Made by a program: the position numbers and the translations under genes. From the IMG/VR virus record IMGVR_UViG_3300033998_000095, positions 1 to 64,000 of that record: a stretch of 64,000 nucleotides of DNA; one strand, written 5' to 3'. Source of the stretch: a virus. Within the stretch, counting starts at the first letter, position 1; each line of letters opens with the position of its first letter. Shown one piece after another: positions 60,194-64,000 of this stretch. Below the pieces are notes generated by a model. It was not told where the DNA came from and did no database searches. It worked only from the letters and a program-made list of their open reading frames with translations.

Positions 60194-63100
60194 TTATTTT
60201 TGGTTTGTCAATACAAGATCAGAATCCAATATTTCATTTGGTTTAACTTGCATTAATTGTCCATCTCTCTCAATCATAATAGAATGGTCTTCAGTTACAA
60301 TTAATTCTTTTCCACTTTCAGTTCTAATTCTATACATTGGTTTATTAACTTTATGTCGTGATATATTATTTATTGATCTATATACAGCATCAGAATCTTC
60401 ATATGTAAGTACTTTGTCATTTGCAAAGATATATTCTCTTCCTATATAATTCATAAGTTTGTATTCCTTATGCCTTTCAAATAGATCTTTGATTGGTATA
60501 CCTTCTGGATATTGTTCAGTATTTATTTTTGTATTTTCATCAACAGAATCACCATATACTATATTCTCCAGTACATCAGCATCGAGAAATCTTGTATCAA
60601 ATTCATATGGTTCAATATCCATCTTGTGAGCATCTCTCATTTTATTTAAATACTGATGAATATGATATGCACCCATTGTTACTATTTCTCTTCCAGATGC
60701 AGTTATAGTCTCTGCAGATGGAAAATGAAACAGTCTAAAATATTGATTAGCAATTCCACCATATAGTGAGTTAGTAAGAACCTTATAAGTAAATTGCCAG
60801 TTATTATATCTTTCTGCTAACATATGATTATTATTCTCAATAGCTTTAAACATTTCATTTTTATATCGTTTACGTTCTCTAATAAGCATATCTATAATTT
60901 CATAATAAACTGACAATTTCGTGTTATGATTGACATACATTGTACCCATTATTGTTATTATCAAATTGTGTTTCGTTATAGTCTCATGCAATTTCTGTAC
61001 TGTTATCTGTTTAACATTTAAGTTCTTATCTTCATAATTAATAAGTCTATCTGGTTGAGGTAATAATTCATCTCTATTATAGATATACTCACGAGCTATA
61101 TATTCATCTACCTTACCAACATAGGTGTCAATAGAAATATTATATCGTGCAATGATATATGGATACAGAGAAGAAAGATCCAAATCAGCCAACCAGTTAT
61201 ATAATCCTTTTAATGGTTTTCTTACAAAAGCACCTTTAAGCTTTTCTGTTTCCTGATCATTATCTTTATCATATTCATATTTTTTACATATAACTGTCTT
61301 ATTTTGTTTATCCAATGTTGTAAATAGAATACCATCTATAATTGGAAGTGTGCTGAATGATTCCTCCCAACTGATGTTGGTAGCTCTTATAATGTTAAAT
61401 TGAATATCAATATATTTAAGTTTATTGTCCAACTTTCTAACAAGATGAACATCATTAATATTATAAGCAATGAATCTATTGGGATCTGATAACCACATAT
61501 CATCAAATCGTTTGTCAAGAGACAATTTCTTTATACCAAGTTCGAATTCAGCAATAAATCCAAGTGTATATGATTCTCTTTTACTGAATGTTCTTTTCTT
61601 ATACAATGTTAAATAATCACATTCCACGACATATGGAATGTATGGTTTATTAGTTCTCTCATTAATAAAAATACGACCATATTTGTTTTTACATTCTATT
61701 CCAAGATATTGTGATCTATTAATAATAATTGGCCAGTCAAATGCTGATGAGTTCCATCCTGTTACAAGATCAGGATCTATTTCATCAAATTTTTGAATAA
61801 ACCCGTTCAACATCTTTCTCTCATCATTATATACAAATATTTCAATATTACATTCGTCTTTATATTCAAGATGTTTGATTATTTCTTGTTTATCAATGTT
61901 CAAATTGAATGAGTTGTTTATAAATGTATAATAAGTATCAGTATAGTTATCATACAGGGTTATCAACGATATAGCATATCTCTTTGCAGCTGCCATCATG
62001 TCATCAAGAAGCATCATATTGCCATTGAGAAACAATTCGATATCTATAGCAGCAATTCTTAATGGTTGTTCAGTCTCAGTATAAGTATTTCTAAACTGAA
62101 TATTCTTATATACTGATAGATTCATATCTCCAAAGACATTAAACCCTTTACTCTTCAAATCATTTATTACATTTACTCTATCTTTAAACTGTATAACCTT
62201 GAGCTTTAGTTTATCCTTGTATTCAACAGTATTATTTGATTTACCATAATATAGAGCATATTTATCATCTGTAGTATGAATTATTTTATCTTGTCCTCTT
62301 CTTAATATATAATTAACTTCAGATTTAAGATAATTGTATACTGTATTGACTAACATTATATTATCTGATGTATTACTTGTGGTATCAGTATCACTCTTAT
62401 TGTCATTAACTGTTTCATATTTAGTATTGTTAGGAATAGGAAATAACTTCCTCACATCATCAGTAGTATAAGACATATGTGGTTGAACATTATCTTTTGA
62501 TTCTACAGCATATCTTATTTGTTTTAACCTATTAGCAAAAATATCGTATCTGGACATATTTCTGCATATTGCTGATGGATGAATACATGGCAATAATAGA
62601 TGATCATTATATTTATATATCTTTGTCATAGCATCAGTTATCTTATCTGTTATACCAAATCTACTACATGGATAATTACCAAGTGGAACTATAACAGCAT
62701 CAGCAGGTAATTTAGAAATGATTAACTCTAGATTGTCAAAACAATATGCTATCTCATCTTTCATTGGTGGGTTTGATGGTTGATGAAAACATAAACAAAC
62801 ATTCATAACACCCCAATGAATATCATTAAAACCAGTATTATCTAATGTTTGTCTTAATAACTGTCCTGCACGTCCAACAAAGGGTTTTCCTTCTTTAATT
62901 TCATTGACAGCTGGTGCTTCTCCAACAAATAATACTTTAACTTGAGATATATCATTTGTTGTAAAATCAAAAATAGTTCTTTGTATATCATCTTTATTAT
63001 TAGATTTGCATAATGCACATTGTGTAATGAGTCTCTTTTCTATCTCATCTTTCAATGGAGAGATAGTATCTATAGTATCTTCAACATTGCAAGAAACAAT

Positions 63101-63484
63101 AGATTCTTGATTAAGATTTTCAGTATTATTATTTTTTGTCAATGTAAGATATGTTTTAATATCTTCTTCTGATAAATAGGGATGTTGGTGTTTTAATTGA
63201 TTTATTTCATCAGTAACTTTCTTTGATTTGTTTGACATATATTGTATCTGTTTAGATCTATTAATATTTCTGTGAAATTCAGATAATTTATCAAAAGGTA
63301 CATTTCGTGCAAGTATAGGATTAGTATTAATTAACTGATCTAAGTATATACAAGATAACACATCATCTTCAGATATATTTAATATCGTAGATATATTAAG
63401 TTGTTTAACTGAATCATCCAATGAATCAGTCTTATGTTGTATATAATAAATGTATTTAGTTAGTGGTGATAACTCTTTTGCCAT
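60194..63484 (-). CDS. polB: DNA polymerase B N-terminal fragment with a family-4 UDG domain and the split N-intein (aa 980-1096)
   Basis: UDG: CxxC, VGEAP, PFVGRAG, HPS; Exo I-III: DIE, GWNSSAFD, YNINDV; Pol A DLSSLYP, Pol B KVLTNSLYG, YGD|S; intein block B LIVTEDHSI. Confidence 0.93.
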   Translation of the reverse strand: MAKELSPLTKYIYYIQHKTDSLDDSVKQLNISTILNISEDDVLSCIYLDQLINTNPILARNVPFDKLSEFHRNINRSKQIQYMSNKSKKVTDEINQLKHQHPYLSEEDIKTYLTLTKNNNTENLNQESIVSCNVEDTIDTISPLKDEIEKRLITQCALCKSNNKDDIQRTIFDFTTNDISQVKVLFVGEAPAVNEIKEGKPFVGRAGQLLRQTLDNTGFNDIHWGVMNVCLCFHQPSNPPMKDEIAYCFDNLELIISKLPADAVIVPLGNYPCSRFGITDKITDAMTKIYKYNDHLLLPCIHPSAICRNMSRYDIFANRLKQIRYAVESKDNVQPHMSYTTDDVRKLFPIPNNTKYETVNDNKSDTDTTSNTSDNIMLVNTVYNYLKSEVNYILRRGQDKIIHTTDDKYALYYGKSNNTVEYKDKLKLKVIQFKDRVNVINDLKSKGFNVFGDMNLSVYKNIQFRNTYTETEQPLRIAAIDIELFLNGNMMLLDDMMAAAKRYAISLITLYDNYTDTYYTFINNSFNLNIDKQEIIKHLEYKDECNIEIFVYNDERKMLNGFIQKFDEIDPDLVTGWNSSAFDWPIIINRSQYLGIECKNKYGRIFINERTNKPYIPYVVECDYLTLYKKRTFSKRESYTLGFIAEFELGIKKLSLDKRFDDMWLSDPNRFIAYNINDVHLVRKLDNKLKYIDIQFNIIRATNISWEESFSTLPIIDGILFTTLDKQNKTVICKKYEYDKDNDQETEKLKGAFVRKPLKGLYNWLADLDLSSLYPYIIARYNISIDTYVGKVDEYIAREYIYNRDELLPQPDRLINYEDKNLNVKQITVQKLHETITKHNLIITIMGTMYVNHNTKLSVYYEIIDMLIRERKRYKNEMFKAIENNNHMLAERYNNWQFTYKVLTNSLYGGIANQYFRLFHFPSAETITASGREIVTMGAYHIHQYLNKMRDAHKMDIEPYEFDTRFLDADVLENIVYGDSVDENTKINTEQYPEGIPIKDLFERHKEYKLMNYIGREYIFANDKVLTYEDSDAVYRSINNISRHKVNKPMYRIRTESGKELIVTEDHSIMIERDGQLMQVKPNEILDSDLVLTNQK
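60197..60547 (-). other. split intein N-fragment (IntN, 117 aa, Ser1)
   Basis: begins SVDENTKI right after YGD; TEDH block B; ends at the stop codon with no endonuclease domain. Confidence 0.93.
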
Positions 63485-63535
63485 GAATTAAAATCCCCCA
63501 TCATATAATAATCATATAGACAATGTTTTATTTAA

Positions 63536-64000
63536 CTAAACTTGGCAAGAAGTCTCCCATCTTCTACAAGTGGGAGATGAATTGCCAATTATTGTTATGA
63601 TTTATGAACTCTATATGCTTAAAACTAACTTGTTTATAAGATTTATTTGGTATAGTGATATAATTACCTTCTATATCTTGTATATATGCACCACCATTAG
63701 TAAAGCCTGTTATAAAACCAACTTTACCAAATACCTTCACTTTATCATTAAGATAAAAGCCATTTCTATATTTAGTGTTTTTACTGTTTCTTTTTTGAGT
63801 TCGATTTGGTTCTTTTCTACCTTTTCTTGGTATTGCTTCATGTAAACTACGCTTCTTTTTTCTAAATTGCTTTATTTTGAAGTAGTTGTCTGGATTATGC
63901 TTTATACTTTCTATTCCTGTTATAGCTATCGCATCATTATAATGAGTTTTTTCTAAGCCTAATTCTTTTCTTCTTATAGTTGTATAACTGCCATAGACTA
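63536..64000 (-). mobile_element. second IS200/IS605 IscB-type element (partial)
   Basis: end structure TTTAA|CTAAACTTGGCAAGAAGTCTCCCATCTTCTACAAGTGGGAGATGAATTGC parallels that of the first IscB element. Confidence 0.8.
63564..64000 (-). CDS. iscB: C-terminus of a second IscB (or IsrB) protein (not in the ORF track)
   Basis: translation VYGSYTTIRRKELGLEKTHYNDAIAI..QFRKKKRSLHE..DKVKVFGKVGFITG..WQFISHL*; RuvC-III HYNDA. Confidence 0.85.
   Translation of the reverse strand, partial: VYGSYTTIRRKELGLEKTHYNDAIAITGIESIKHNPDNYFKIKQFRKKKRSLHEAIPRKGRKEPNRTQKRNSKNTKYRNGFYLNDKVKVFGKVGFITGFTNGGAYIQDIEGNYITIPNKSYKQVSFKHIEFINHNNNWQFISHL

Noticed and set aside
63570-63845. Plus-strand 91-aa ORF
   Set aside because: It is antisense to the IscB C-terminus, which carries the RuvC-III motif.
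1-64000. tRNA/rRNA genes, tnpA transposase, alternative genetic code
   Set aside because: None recognised; long ORFs tile the sequence in the standard code, and TAA, TAG and TGA all occur as stops.

Overview
This AT-rich 64-kb window is part of a large contractile-tailed phage (jumbo-myovirus-like). A low-GC Firmicute host is inferred from strong GGAGG/GGGGGT Shine-Dalgarno sites and Firmicute-type IS200/IS605 elements. Almost all genes are on the minus strand. About 1-54,900 is a virion morphogenesis region: tail fibres, tape measure with an M23 peptidase, baseplate wedges and hub, tail tube, sheath, terminase, T4 gp23-like major capsid, gp21-like protease, gp20-like portal and acidic core proteins. 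About 55,900-63,500 is a replication block with a DnaB-like helicase and a family B DNA polymerase. Main highlights: (1) the polymerase gene is fractured at its catalytic YGD|TDS motif by a naturally split, cysteine-free intein, and the opposite-strand cassette between the halves carries a DUF1874/YddF (AcrIII-1 ring nuclease-like) gene rather than a homing endonuclease; (2) the polymerase has an N-terminal family-4 uracil-DNA glycosylase domain; (3) there are three related IS200/IS605 OMEGA elements: a complete IscB+omegaRNA whose empty site and TAM can be reconstructed, a second partial IscB, and a protein-less ~195-bp TnpB-type omegaRNA mini-element with its own promoter sitting in a hairpin loop; (4) putative head-cargo polyproteins have domains separated by gp21-type cleavage-like linkers, including a SUKH/SMI1 immunity domain flanked by an exact in-frame 46-bp direct repeat, and a P-loop kinase-LigD 3'-phosphoesterase fusion. 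All family calls come from motif recognition by eye; no database searches were run.
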